The notes: generated by a model from the sequence alone, not told the origin. 64,000 nt of DNA from an uncultured Gemmatimonadales bacterium (GCA_963825055.1 CAWGSK010000011.1:32001-96000), one strand, 5' to 3'; shown: positions 41,469 through 51,765, numbered from the stretch's first letter. Translations and numbers: made by a program.

Positions 41469-42233
41469 ATGAGAAATCCCTTCACGGCCCCTGGCATGGC
41501 GACCGCAGCCCTGATCATCCTGTTCCCCTGCGTGGGTACGGTGGAGGGCCAGCAGGAACCTGATCCAGCCGCCACCGAGGTCTGGGAACCGGTCCCGCCG
41601 ATGGTGACGCCGGGCACCGGCGGGGCGGCACCCTCTGACGCCATCGTACTGTTCGACGGCACTAACCTGTCCGCCTGGGCGGATGACAGCGGACACGCCG
41701 CACGGTGGAAGGTGGCTGCCGGCGCCGTGACCGTCGTCGCCGGCACCGGCGCCATCCGCACCCGGCAGGCTTTCGGTGACTGCCAGCTGCACATCGAGTG
41801 GCGCACGCCGGCCGAGGTGAAGGGCGAGGGGCAGGAACGCGGCAACAGCGGCGTCTTCCTGCAGGAACGCTACGAGGTGCAGGTGCTCGACTCCTGGAAC
41901 AATCGCACCTACTCCAATGGCCAGGCGGCGAGTATCTACAAGCAGTACATCCCGCTGGTGAACGCCAGCCGCCGTCCGGGCGAGTGGCAGACATACGACA
42001 TCTTCTTCCGCGCGCCGCGATTCACGCCCGACAGCACGCTGGTGAGTCCGGGGTATGTGACCGTCGTGCACAATGGCGTGCTGGTCCAGGATCACGTCGA
42101 GCTGAAGGGAGTCACGGTCTACCGGGGCGAGCCGTTCTACCTGGCGCATGGGCCTCTGCCCCTCCTGCTCCAGGACCACGGCACGCCGGTCAGCTACCGG
42201 AATATCTGGATCCGTGAACTGCGGGAACCGTGA
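41469..42233 (+). CDS. DUF1080 (3-keto-disaccharide hydrolase-like) protein, secreted
   Basis: PSDAIVLFDG, GNSGVF, YEVQVLD, GEWQTYDI, LQDHG..V.YRNIW. Confidence 0.9.
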   Translation: MRNPFTAPGMATAALIILFPCVGTVEGQQEPDPAATEVWEPVPPMVTPGTGGAAPSDAIVLFDGTNLSAWADDSGHAARWKVAAGAVTVVAGTGAIRTRQAFGDCQLHIEWRTPAEVKGEGQERGNSGVFLQERYEVQVLDSWNNRTYSNGQAASIYKQYIPLVNASRRPGEWQTYDIFFRAPRFTPDSTLVSPGYVTVVHNGVLVQDHVELKGVTVYRGEPFYLAHGPLPLLLQDHGTPVSYRNIWIRELREP

Positions 42234-42604
42234 ACGGCGCATCATCGCGAACGACGCGGTGGCCTTCACCCGAGCAGGCCCTTCGCGCCGTGCGGACCCT
42301 CCATACGACCGTCTGGGTGTTCTTCGTGGGCGCGATCCTGGCCATCCCCGTTTTCGCATGGCAGGGACGGTTCATGCCGGCCCTCCTGTCCGCCGGCATC
42401 GTGCTGGTCGAGGTGATCATCCTCGCCGCCAACCGCATGCGCTGTCCGCTGACCGATGTGGCTGCCCGCTACACGGACGACCGCCGGGACAATTTCGATA
42501 TCTACCTGCCACTTCTCGTGGCCCGGTACAACAAGCAGATTTTCGGCCCCCTCTACGTGGCGGGCCTCATGTTCGCCCTGATTCTCTGGCTCCGATCCGC
42601 CTGA
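42230..42604 (+). CDS. Small membrane protein
   Basis: HTTVW, CPLT..AARY...R.DNFDIYLP; three TM segments. Confidence 0.7.
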   Translation: MNGASSRTTRWPSPEQALRAVRTLHTTVWVFFVGAILAIPVFAWQGRFMPALLSAGIVLVEVIILAANRMRCPLTDVAARYTDDRRDNFDIYLPLLVARYNKQIFGPLYVAGLMFALILWLRSA

Positions 42605-42630
42605 CCAGTCATTCCCAGCCATCCGACGAC

Positions 42631-43152
42631 ATGATACCCTTCGACCCCCAACCGGTGCTTTCCGGTGACCTCGTTCACCTCCGGCCTCTGTGCGAAACCG
42701 ACTGGGACGACCTGTACGCCGTCGCCCGGGACCCGCTCATCTGGGCGGAGCACCCGATGCACGACCGCCATCAGGAAGCCGTCTTTCGCGGATTCTTCCG
42801 GGAGGCCATGGACTCGGGGGGTGCCCTGCTCATCCGCGAGGCGACCAGCGGGACGGTGATCGGCTCCTCACGGTATCACGGCTACGACTCCTCCCGCCGT
42901 GTGGTAGAGATCGGCTGGACCTTCCTGGCGCGGGCCTGCTGGGGCGGACGCTACAACGCGGAGGTCAAGCGCCTCATGATGGACCATGCCTTCCAGTCGG
43001 TCGATAGCGTCATTTTTCTCGTGGGACCGGAGAACTACCGCTCCCGTCGGGCGGTGGAGAAGGTCGGCGGGACGCTGGACGGCACCCGGAAGAACGGCCG
43101 TGGTGAAGCGAGCCTGGTCTATCGCATCTCACGCGGGTCACGCGTCCCATGA
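42631..43152 (+). CDS. GNAT family N-acetyltransferase (RimJ/RimL-like)
   Basis: VIGSSRY, EIGWTFL, NYRSRRAVEKVG. Confidence 0.88.
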   Translation: MIPFDPQPVLSGDLVHLRPLCETDWDDLYAVARDPLIWAEHPMHDRHQEAVFRGFFREAMDSGGALLIREATSGTVIGSSRYHGYDSSRRVVEIGWTFLARACWGGRYNAEVKRLMMDHAFQSVDSVIFLVGPENYRSRRAVEKVGGTLDGTRKNGRGEASLVYRISRGSRVP

Positions 43153-43697
43153 ACAACGTGGTCCGAATCCACTGCCCATCGGTCCTGATAGGCGTCCTGC
43201 TCGGGGGCGTCCTGGGCATTGCCGCCTGCGGGAACCATGCGCGCACTGGAACCGACGCGCGCACCACAGCCGCCCGGGGCAACCGGGAGCCCCCGGCGGA
43301 TTCGGCCTTCCCGGGCGTGCCGGATTCAGCCTGGGTCGAACTGACCGGTCCAGCCATCATCGCGTTCCATCCCCTGGCATCGAATGAGGAGCTCGAGGTT
43401 GACGAGGGGCTGGCATCGACACTGGACGATTTCGCCTACTACCTGGGGACCGGGATGGACTCGCTGGCGGCAACGGGTATCGTGGTTTCCTATCATGCCG
43501 GAGACACGGTGTGGCTCCGCGCTGGTCACCGCGGTTCGCGATTCATCCGGAACCCCGACAGCGCCACGGTGGGGTACCTCTTTGCGGATACGCTGGGGCG
43601 CCGCGCCGTGGTCTATGGGGTCCGCACCGATGACGACCTGCTGGGTTATGCCCGCGAGTTCATCCGGACGGGCCAGATCGGGTCCGGATTGCGGTGA
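43149..43697 (+). CDS. Hypothetical lipoprotein
   Basis: IAAC lipobox; ATGA overlap with the GNAT gene. Confidence 0.6.
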   Translation: MNNVVRIHCPSVLIGVLLGGVLGIAACGNHARTGTDARTTAARGNREPPADSAFPGVPDSAWVELTGPAIIAFHPLASNEELEVDEGLASTLDDFAYYLGTGMDSLAATGIVVSYHAGDTVWLRAGHRGSRFIRNPDSATVGYLFADTLGRRAVVYGVRTDDDLLGYAREFIRTGQIGSGLR

Positions 43698-43777
43698 GCC
43701 TGAAGGAGGTGCGTGGCCAGCCCCATGTTTGCCGGCCCGCACCCCGGTTCGTACATTCCGGAAGACCGGGAGGAATC

Positions 43778-44218
43778 ATGCGACATCTGCTCGTGGCGCT
43801 CGCCTGCGCCGGTCTCGCGGCCTGCTCCTCGGGGGGCTCGGGCGGGACCACCGGACCCGGCAACACCCCCGCACCAACGCTGACGTGGACGGGCGACTTT
43901 CACCCCGTGGCACACACCGTCACGGGCATGGCCGATGTCTACATGACGGGCAGCGCATCGGAGGTACGCTTCACGTCCACCTTCGCCACCCAGGCCAACC
44001 CGAATCTGGAGGTCTGGCTGGTGGGAGCCGACGACGTCACCGACAACATGACGGTGCTCCAGTCGGCGCACGTGAGCCTGGGGCCGCTCCAGAGCGCCAC
44101 CGGGGCGCAGGCCTACCCGGTGCCGGGCGGCGTGGATATCAGCCAGTACCGCTCGGTGGTCGTCTGGTGCGTGTCCGCCCAGGTGAACTTTGCCACTGCC
44201 CCCCTGATGATGCGGTGA
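43778..44218 (+). CDS. DM13 domain lipoprotein
   Basis: LAAC lipobox; PNLEVWL, LGPLQ..TG.Q.Y, YRSVVVWC...VNFATA; GGAGG RBS. Confidence 0.85.
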   Translation: MRHLLVALACAGLAACSSGGSGGTTGPGNTPAPTLTWTGDFHPVAHTVTGMADVYMTGSASEVRFTSTFATQANPNLEVWLVGADDVTDNMTVLQSAHVSLGPLQSATGAQAYPVPGGVDISQYRSVVVWCVSAQVNFATAPLMMR

Positions 44219-44223
44219 GCCCG

Positions 44224-44688
44224 ATGCCTCCACGGCGAATCTCCTCCGCCCAGACCTTCGTGATGAAGTTCATCTTCCCGGCCGTGTGGATCGGGGTGTT
44301 CGCGCTGGTCACGCTGGGCCTGCTCCTCCATCCCGCCCGGTCGCCGGAATCGGAGGCGAAATGGATACTCCTCCTGGTGGCCCTGGTGGGCGGGACCTTC
44401 ATCTACCTGTTCTGCGTCCGGCTCAAGCGCGTCGTGCTGGACGCCAGGGCGCTCCGCGTATCCAACTACCGGGAGGAACTCACGATCCCGCTCCAGGACG
44501 TCGAACGCGTGAGCGAGTTCCGGTGGGTCAATATCCACCCGGTCACCATTCACCTCGTGCGACCCTCCGAATTCGGTGACCGCATCGTGTTCATGCCGAA
44601 GTTCCGGATGTTCTCCTGGGCGTCCACGCACCCCGTGGTTGACGAGCTGCGCGAGGCGGTCTCGCGCGCGCGAGGCGCCCCGTCATGA
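44224..44688 (+). CDS. Hypothetical two-TM protein with PH-like soluble domain
   Basis: MKFIFPAVW, two TM helices, then beta-rich LRVSNY...IPLQDVERV; paralogue at 22930. Confidence 0.7.
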   Translation: MPPRRISSAQTFVMKFIFPAVWIGVFALVTLGLLLHPARSPESEAKWILLLVALVGGTFIYLFCVRLKRVVLDARALRVSNYREELTIPLQDVERVSEFRWVNIHPVTIHLVRPSEFGDRIVFMPKFRMFSWASTHPVVDELREAVSRARGAPS

Positions 44689-45185
44689 CCATGCCGCGGC
44701 GTCGCACCGTGACCACCCGTACCCATCAGGCGTTCGGGATGGCCCATGAGCTGGCGGGCCAGCTCGGCCACGAGGCGACGATGGCTCCGCATGTGCTGAT
44801 CGGGCTGATGCGGGAGGAACGCAACATCGCCGCCGGGATCCTGAACCATGTCTGGGGTATCCCGGTTGATGTCCTGGAGGAAGAGTTACTGCAGGTCCTG
44901 CCGCCGGCCGGGCCGCCCAGCCCCGCGGGCGTGCTCGAATGGACACCCGCCGATGAACAGATGCTGGCCCGGGCCACGGTCGAGTCCTCGGCCCTGGACT
45001 GCGAGTACCTGGCCGGAGAGCACCTGCTGCTGGCCTTCCTGAGGGATCCGGCGAGTACGACCGCGCGGGTGCTGGATCGACACGGGGTGCGCTACGAGGA
45101 TGTCCGGCGTGACATTCTTACCTGGTATGCGGGGGCCATCCCGAATCGCCGGAACGATCCTGCTGTGAAAGATTCTCCCGGTTGA
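44685..45185 (+). CDS. Stand-alone Clp protease N-terminal domain protein
   Basis: Two Clp_N repeats: A.QLGH....PHVLIGL, and EYLAGEHLLLAFL....TARVL. Confidence 0.8.
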   Translation: MTMPRRRTVTTRTHQAFGMAHELAGQLGHEATMAPHVLIGLMREERNIAAGILNHVWGIPVDVLEEELLQVLPPAGPPSPAGVLEWTPADEQMLARATVESSALDCEYLAGEHLLLAFLRDPASTTARVLDRHGVRYEDVRRDILTWYAGAIPNRRNDPAVKDSPG

Positions 45186-45194
45186 AACGGGCGG

Positions 45195-46880
45195 TCAGGA
45201 CGGCGGATCCACGTGCATGGTCATCATCATCCCTGCGCCCAGGTGCTCCGCAATGTGACAATGGAGCATCCAGTCACCAGGATTGGACGCGTCGACCAGC
45301 AGGTCCACCGTCGCGCCCACCGGGATCAGGACCGTGTCCTTCCACACCAGGTTGGCGGTGGGCACGCCGTCCCGGGAGACCACCAGCATCCGCTGCCCGT
45401 GCAGGTGAATGGGGTGCTGCATCGGGTGGAATGACTTGGGGTCGTTGAAGATCCGGAGCTTTACCACGGCGCCCTGGCGCACGTGCCAGTCAATGTCCCC
45501 GTTTTCCTTCCCCGTCGCGTCGTCCCGCAGGATCCAGCGGACCTGCTTCCCCGTCGACAGCCAGTTCATCTCGGGCATGCCGTCCACCCACTCCACCGGG
45601 TGGTAGTATGCCGTGTCGATGCTCATGAACTGCACTGTGAGGAGCGGGAGGCCCGACGTGGCGACCGTGAGCGTGATCCGCTTGTCCGGCGCCCGGTCGA
45701 AGTACGGGCGGTACCGGTCGATGTCGGCGGTGACCTCGGGATAGTCGTGGAGGGTGTCGAACGCCGCCCGATAGTCGGGCGCGGCGGGTGTACTGTCCAC
45801 CGTGACCCACCCGAGTGTGTCCACCTGGGCCTCGAACTCACCCTTGTAATGGTCGATCGCCTGAATGGCGTTCAGAAGCGGGTAGCGCCCCGGCCGGTCG
45901 AATCGCGCGGCAACCACGTAGCGCTCCGCTGGCGCCAGGACAACACTCGGCACGTATTGCTCGTGTTCGAAGCGGCTCACGTCCGATGCGAGCACCTTGA
46001 GCGGCACCCCCGGGATCGCGAGGTTCCACGTCCGTGAGCTGGCCACGTTGGTGACGTAGAACCGCACAACGTCCCCCCGGTGCATGGTCCACGCCCCCGC
46101 CGGCTCCCCGTTGACCAGCATGACATTCCCCACCCGCCCCATCAGCGCGAAGTCCGGCGCCTCCTTCCCGAACGGGATCAGGGTGTCGGCATGGATCATC
46201 AGGTCGCTCAGGACCAGGGGCACCTCCCGGTTGGCCGGGGAGTAGTAGTCCGGGTCGGGACTGTCTACCAGCATGTTCCCGTACAGTCCCATCGACTGCT
46301 CGATGTCCTCGCGCACGTGCGGGTGGTACCAGTAGATCCCGGCGTCCGGAAAGTGCACCGTGTAGGTGAAGTCCCCCCCCGGCTGGACGGCCGCCTGGGT
46401 CACGTCCGGGACGCCGTCGGACCGGTTGTCCAGGCGGACGCCGTGCCAGTGCACCGTACTGGGCAGGTCGATCCGGTTGTGGAACCGGACGGTGATGGTG
46501 GCATTCTGGGGAACGCGGATCAGTGGCCCGGGCACCTGGCCGTTGAATCCGTACATGACGAACGCGTGTCCCCGGATCGTGCGGCGCAGCAGGGTCGCCG
46601 TGAGGTCGAGGGTGTCCCCATCCGCCAGGGGAGTGATCTCGGACGGCCGCGCGCGGGCGACCGCGGCGGGGTCCACGCCCTCCCCCGGCAGGAACTCCCC
46701 CACCGGCGGCAGGAGGCCGACGAGTCCGGGCAGCATCACCATGCCTTTGGGCATCGGGATCGGCATGGCCATGGCGCTGTCGTGCCCCATGTGCATGCCC
46801 GGGGATCCGGAGGAATCCTGCGCCACCAGCCGGGCAGCCTGGAGGGAGGCCGCCAGCACGATGGGCAACAGCCGCTTCAC
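45195..46880 (-). CDS. Multicopper oxidase with Met/His-rich N-terminus
   Basis: HWHG, WYHPH, HPIHLHG, HCHIAEHLGAGM; GTGA overlap with upstream gene. Confidence 0.92.
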   Translation of the reverse strand: MKRLLPIVLAASLQAARLVAQDSSGSPGMHMGHDSAMAMPIPMPKGMVMLPGLVGLLPPVGEFLPGEGVDPAAVARARPSEITPLADGDTLDLTATLLRRTIRGHAFVMYGFNGQVPGPLIRVPQNATITVRFHNRIDLPSTVHWHGVRLDNRSDGVPDVTQAAVQPGGDFTYTVHFPDAGIYWYHPHVREDIEQSMGLYGNMLVDSPDPDYYSPANREVPLVLSDLMIHADTLIPFGKEAPDFALMGRVGNVMLVNGEPAGAWTMHRGDVVRFYVTNVASSRTWNLAIPGVPLKVLASDVSRFEHEQYVPSVVLAPAERYVVAARFDRPGRYPLLNAIQAIDHYKGEFEAQVDTLGWVTVDSTPAAPDYRAAFDTLHDYPEVTADIDRYRPYFDRAPDKRITLTVATSGLPLLTVQFMSIDTAYYHPVEWVDGMPEMNWLSTGKQVRWILRDDATGKENGDIDWHVRQGAVVKLRIFNDPKSFHPMQHPIHLHGQRMLVVSRDGVPTANLVWKDTVLIPVGATVDLLVDASNPGDWMLHCHIAEHLGAGMMMTMHVDPPS

Positions 46881-47374
46881 TGGGAGATGCCGCGGAAGAG
46901 CGGATGCGAGAGGAAGCGCTGGAGCCAGCCGCTCGGTGACGTCCCGTGCAGCACCGTCGGGCCCGCATGCATACCGGGGGCGGAGTCGGCCTCCGCCGTG
47001 ATCACCAGGAGGAACTTGTTCCGGTCGACCGGCCCGACGGCACTCGTACCGTTCCGGACCGTACCGACCCGGCGCCACTCGGCGAGATCCGTGCTGACCT
47101 CCCAGGCCACGAAGGCCGTGTACCCGCCAAGCGACGCAGGTTCGGGAAGACCCTTCGCGGTGATGCGGATGTCATACACGTGATGCCCGTTCCCCGTCAC
47201 CGCCACGCCAAACGGCGAGGCGGCGAAGAACAGGCGGGCCGTTCCTTCCGCCGCCGGGGCGGCGGGCCCGGGGGCCAGCTTGATGTCGTACGGGCCCCCC
47301 GCGGGGAGCCTGGCGCCGAGCAGGAGCCCGGCGCAGAGCCCGGTGACCCGGAGTCCCGGGCCCATCCTCCGCAT
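46877..47374 (-). CDS. Hypothetical secreted protein
   Basis: Signal peptide; SPFGVAVT..G...Y, FVAW, KFLLVITAE; TAATG overlap upstream and GTGA overlap downstream. Confidence 0.7.
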   Translation of the reverse strand: MRRMGPGLRVTGLCAGLLLGARLPAGGPYDIKLAPGPAAPAAEGTARLFFAASPFGVAVTGNGHHVYDIRITAKGLPEPASLGGYTAFVAWEVSTDLAEWRRVGTVRNGTSAVGPVDRNKFLLVITAEADSAPGMHAGPTVLHGTSPSGWLQRFLSHPLFRGISQ

Positions 47375-48738
47375 TACTGCGACGCGGCCCGGGCCGGACC
47401 GTGGTCCCAGTCCTGAACGCTGGAAATGTTCGGCATTCCGACGTCCTTGCCGTTCCAGCCCTTGAAGCCGTCCATCCGGAAGAGCCAGAGGCCGCTGCGC
47501 ATGTCGCTCAGCGCGATGAGCCCGTCGGCGTTGCGGACATCGACCCCGAAGGCCCCCTGCTCCACGCTGGTCGTGCTCTCCCATCCCACATCCGGCCCTC
47601 CGCCGAAGCCGTGCTCGTGGGTGCAGCCGCAGGTGTAGTAGTGGCCGACCGTCCTGGGATGCTTCGGGTCCTTCAGGTCGAAGACGAACAGGCCGTCTTC
47701 GTACGCCGAGACGAACACGTAGGGCCAGCGCACCTCGTGATTGTGGGACAGGTCCTGCCAGTCCGCCGTCCAGGCCGAGATGGGAAGGTCCAGGTTCTTG
47801 CGGGTACCGTCCTGGCCTTCGCGCAGGTCCCAGATCCGGAGCGGGGTGTACTGGTACTCCGTCTCCGTGACGGCGATGTTCCCATCGGGTGAGGGCGTGA
47901 ACGTGTGGGCGATGTCCATGCCGAGGCCGGTAATAGTGAAGAGCTGCTGCGGGGCTTCCGGCTTCGTCACGTCCCACGCCGAATAACCACCGAGCCCGGC
48001 GCCGTAGAACACGTCCCGCTTCCGCGCGGCGTCGTAGCCCACGTAGAAGTCGTGGTACCCGCCGGCGCCGATCTGGCGGAACGGCGTCGGGTTGGCGATC
48101 GTGCCCACGATCCAGCCGGTGGAATCGCCGCCGGCCACGACCTTCGCCAGGTCATAGATGATCGCCTTGGCCTCGTTCACCGTCGCGAAGTAGAGCACCC
48201 GGCCGTCCGAGTGCTTGTAGGCGTAGGTGTTGTGGAATCCGCCGGGCGCCGACGGATAGCGGATCCGGGCGACCTCCTTCACCGTCGCCGGGTCGGGCAG
48301 GCCGGTCACGTCCAGGATGACGGCGCCCAGGTCGGCGTCGGGTCCGCCCTGGAAGAACTGGTAGGACTGTGCGTAGTAGTAGCGGTTGCCGATCTTGAAA
48401 TACTTCCCGTCCATCGCGCCGATCCCGCGGTGCAGCTCGGGGTTGTCGATGGACCAGTCCACGATCTTCTTCGGGTGGGCGGGGTCCTTGATATCGTAGA
48501 TCTGTACATCGTTGCTGATGAAGCCCGAGACGTAGACGTAAGGCCGGCTCATCTCTTCTTCAATCTCGATATCCGACGCCTTCCATGCGCCCGGATGCGT
48601 TTCAACGTGCGCGATCATATGAATGTTGGGAGATCCGCCCGCCTTCTGGTCGGGCCGTGGCACCATGGTCCCCGGATCCTGGGCCGAAGCCGTGGCAGCA
48701 AGAATACACAGGATCAGGGTAACGACGGGCGCGCGCAT
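47374..48738 (-). CDS. LVIVD-repeat beta-propeller protein, secreted
   Basis: Repeats IYDIKDP.HP, ILDVT...P, WDVTKP, VFDLKDP.HP; AYEDGL; SDMRSGLW. Confidence 0.8.
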   Translation of the reverse strand: MRAPVVTLILCILAATASAQDPGTMVPRPDQKAGGSPNIHMIAHVETHPGAWKASDIEIEEEMSRPYVYVSGFISNDVQIYDIKDPAHPKKIVDWSIDNPELHRGIGAMDGKYFKIGNRYYYAQSYQFFQGGPDADLGAVILDVTGLPDPATVKEVARIRYPSAPGGFHNTYAYKHSDGRVLYFATVNEAKAIIYDLAKVVAGGDSTGWIVGTIANPTPFRQIGAGGYHDFYVGYDAARKRDVFYGAGLGGYSAWDVTKPEAPQQLFTITGLGMDIAHTFTPSPDGNIAVTETEYQYTPLRIWDLREGQDGTRKNLDLPISAWTADWQDLSHNHEVRWPYVFVSAYEDGLFVFDLKDPKHPRTVGHYYTCGCTHEHGFGGGPDVGWESTTSVEQGAFGVDVRNADGLIALSDMRSGLWLFRMDGFKGWNGKDVGMPNISSVQDWDHGPARAASQ

Positions 48739-48939
48739 GGGGTCTCCTCGCGGGGGCGTTCGGTGGCGGGTGGACGAGTGGCCCGAAGTATGGCCCAGGC
48801 AGCCGGCCGGCGGCAAGAGATGGTCGGGCGTTCAGGCGACGACTGCTCCGGGCCGCCTTGCGTAGAACCGATCGCCGCTGGACCTTGCTGATGACCGCCG
48901 CGGCGTCCCGGACCCGGCGGCTTCCACGGGAGGCGGACC

Positions 48940-49365
48940 ATGGCGAAGACCCCGATCGTGTTCAGGAGTTCCCATCGGATCCGGTTCTCCGAACTCGACC
49001 CCTACAATCACGTCAGCACGGCAAACTATGCGACGTACTTCGTCGACCACCGCATGCAGGGCCTGCGCGACCGCATCGGCTGGGACATCGCGACCCTGGG
49101 CGCCCTGCCATTCATGGTCTGGGTCCGGCGGATGGAGATCGATTTCGTCCGCCCGGCCCAGGCGGATGACGAAATCACCATCACCTCGTCCGTTCGCGAG
49201 TTTGAGGGACCCGACGCGTTCATCGACTGCACGATGGTCAGCGCCGCCGGCGTTACGCTGTCGCGTTGCCTGATGGTGGTGGCCTGCGTGGACCGGACGA
49301 CCCTGCGCTCCATGGACTGGCCTCCGGACCAGGCGGCCCTGTTCTACGAGGACGACCGGTCGTAG
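48940..49365 (+). CDS. Acyl-CoA thioesterase (4HBT hot-dog fold)
   Basis: IRFSELDPYNHV...Y, EIDFVRPA; GGAGG RBS. Confidence 0.88.
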   Translation: MAKTPIVFRSSHRIRFSELDPYNHVSTANYATYFVDHRMQGLRDRIGWDIATLGALPFMVWVRRMEIDFVRPAQADDEITITSSVREFEGPDAFIDCTMVSAAGVTLSRCLMVVACVDRTTLRSMDWPPDQAALFYEDDRS

Positions 49366-49455
49366 CGACGGCCCCTTCCCGGCGATGGCGCCGGCCATTG
49401 CCACTCGCGGGACCGCCCCCCATCTTGCCCGTATCCCGCCACCAGGACCGCTGTC

Positions 49456-51765
49456 GTGGACCACCGCCTGGAGAGCCTGCGGAAAGCCCTTGCCGACCGG
49501 TACCTCCTCGAGCACGAACTGGGCCGGGGCGGGATGGCCACGGTCTATCGCGCCGAGGACATCCGCCACGGGCGGAAGGTGGCGGTCAAGGTACTCCGGC
49601 CGGAGCTGGCCGCGACCCTCGGCCCTGACCGGTTCGTGCGCGAGATCGAGATCGCCGCCCGCCTCTCCCATCCCCACATCCTGCCCCTCTTCGATTCCGG
49701 CGAGGCCGACGGCGTCCTGTACTATGTGATGCCGTACGTCGAAGGCGAATCCCTCCGTGACCGCATCGAGCGGGAGGGGAAGCTCCCGGTGGCAGAGGTC
49801 GTCCGGCTTGCCGACCAGATCGCCTCGGCGCTGACGTACGCCCACGAGCGCGGCGTGGTCCACCGCGACATCAAGCCGGAGAATATCCTGCTCTCCGGCG
49901 ACCAGGCCGTGGTGGCGGACTTCGGGATTGCCCGGGCCGTCGAGGCTGCGGCGAGCGCGCGCCTCACCGGCACCGGGCTCGCCGTCGGCACGCCAGCCTA
50001 CATGAGCCCGGAACAGGCCATGGGCCTGGAGCACGTGGATGCCCGGACCGATGTCTATGCCCTGGGCTGCGTGACATACGAAATGCTGACGGGCAAGGCA
50101 CCCTTCGAGGGGGCCACGCCCCAGGCCCTCGTCGCCGGACACCTGTCGGAGACCGTTCCCGGGCTCCGCGCCAGCGACCCGACCATTCCCCTGTACGTCG
50201 AGCGGGCCGTCGAGCGGGCCCTGGCCAAGCTGCCCGACGAGCGCTTCCAGAGCGCAGCGGCATTCGCGGCGGCCCTGATGAGCGGCACCGTCGTTCCCCG
50301 CGTGCACCGCCGGCGCCACATCCGCTCTGCGCTGGTCGCCGCGACATTTGTGCTCGTCGCCGCGGCCACCTGGTGGCTTGCGACCCACGCGGACACGCCT
50401 CACTTCCGGGCCCTGGCCGTCCTGCCGCTCACGAACCTCACCGGCGACACCGCGCAGGAGTACTTCGTCGACGGCGTCCACGAGGCGCTCATTGCGGAGC
50501 TGGCCCAGACCGGGGTCACCGTGATCGCCCGGCGTTCCGTCCTGCAGTACCGTGACACCGACAAGTCGCTCGGCGACATCGCCCGGGAACTCAATGTGGA
50601 TGCCCTCATCGAGGGGGGCGTGTTTCGCGACGGCGACAGCGTGGAAATCGAGACCCGGCTGATTAATCCCCGCTCAGGGATACCGCTCTGGAACGGATCC
50701 TACGACGGGAACCTGCCCAACGTCGTGGCGCTCTATCGCGGGATCGTGCGGGCCGTCGCCGGCGAGGTCCGGGTTGCGCTGAGTCCTGAGTCCGAAGCGC
50801 GCCTGGCGAAGACGACGACGGTCAATCCGGACGTCTACGAGGCCTACCTCAGGGGGATGCATCACCTGAATGCCGGCACCCCCGAGGACATCGCCCTCGG
50901 CCTGGAGTACCTGCATGGCGCCGTGGACCGCAATCCGGTGGACGCCGGGGCCTGGGCAGCCCTGGCCGGCGGTTACATCACTCTGGGACACAGCTTTGCG
51001 CCGCCACCGGAGGCCCGGGCCCGCGCGGCGGAGGCCGCTGAGCGCGCCGTCCGGCTCGACCCGGACCTGGCTGAAGGCTGGGCAGCGCTGGCGGCGGTCA
51101 AGACCTACTACGAATACGACTGGGAAGGAGCAGAACGGGCGTTCCGGCGGGCCAACGCCCTGAATCCGAGCCTCCCGATGAACCACTATCATTACGCCTG
51201 GTTCCTCGACCTGTTCGGCCGCCTGGACCAGGCAATTGTAGAGCATGAGCGGGCCCGGGAGCTCGATCCGTTTAACCCCCTCCACACCGCGTGGCTGGCG
51301 CCGCTGTACGCCAAGGATGGGCGAATTGAGGAAGGGGTCGCCCAGGCGCGGGCCGCCATGAAGCTCCAGTCCCGCATCCCCGTGGCCCACCTGGCCCTTG
51401 GCTACACGTATCTCCTCGCCGAACGGTGGAACGATGCGATCGACGTACTGAAGCCGGCCGCGGCGCAAGTGCCTCCGCTTCGCGGGTTTCTGGGCGTGGC
51501 CTACGCGCACGCCGGCCGCGAGGACGACGCCCGGGCAATCGCCGTCGAGCTTGAGCGGTCGCCATCGTCCATGAGTGCCCTCGGCCTGGTTGAGATTTAC
51601 GCCGCGCTCGGGGAGTGGGACCGGGCCCTGGACTGGCTCGAATACAAGCCGCGCCACGTCTGGATACCCTGGTACCTGAAGCAGGACGCGCCCGCCGCAC
51701 TCCGCCGGGAGCCCAGGTTCCAGGCGGTCATGCGGGAAATGCACCTGGCCGAGACGGATGGATGA
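49456..51765 (+). CDS. Ser/Thr protein kinase with TM, TolB_N-like and TPR regions
   Basis: GRGGMATV, VAVK, HRDIKPEN, DFG, YMSPE, DVYALG; AVLPL.NL; TPR-like helices. Confidence 0.93.
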   Translation: MDHRLESLRKALADRYLLEHELGRGGMATVYRAEDIRHGRKVAVKVLRPELAATLGPDRFVREIEIAARLSHPHILPLFDSGEADGVLYYVMPYVEGESLRDRIEREGKLPVAEVVRLADQIASALTYAHERGVVHRDIKPENILLSGDQAVVADFGIARAVEAAASARLTGTGLAVGTPAYMSPEQAMGLEHVDARTDVYALGCVTYEMLTGKAPFEGATPQALVAGHLSETVPGLRASDPTIPLYVERAVERALAKLPDERFQSAAAFAAALMSGTVVPRVHRRRHIRSALVAATFVLVAAATWWLATHADTPHFRALAVLPLTNLTGDTAQEYFVDGVHEALIAELAQTGVTVIARRSVLQYRDTDKSLGDIARELNVDALIEGGVFRDGDSVEIETRLINPRSGIPLWNGSYDGNLPNVVALYRGIVRAVAGEVRVALSPESEARLAKTTTVNPDVYEAYLRGMHHLNAGTPEDIALGLEYLHGAVDRNPVDAGAWAALAGGYITLGHSFAPPPEARARAAEAAERAVRLDPDLAEGWAALAAVKTYYEYDWEGAERAFRRANALNPSLPMNHYHYAWFLDLFGRLDQAIVEHERARELDPFNPLHTAWLAPLYAKDGRIEEGVAQARAAMKLQSRIPVAHLALGYTYLLAERWNDAIDVLKPAAAQVPPLRGFLGVAYAHAGREDDARAIAVELERSPSSMSALGLVEIYAALGEWDRALDWLEYKPRHVWIPWYLKQDAPAALRREPRFQAVMREMHLAETDG

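Noticed and set aside
43384..44223. N-terminal 280 aa of the 434-aa ORF 43384-44688
   Set aside because: Out-of-frame overlap with the lipoprotein and DM13 genes; the real protein probably starts at ATG 44224
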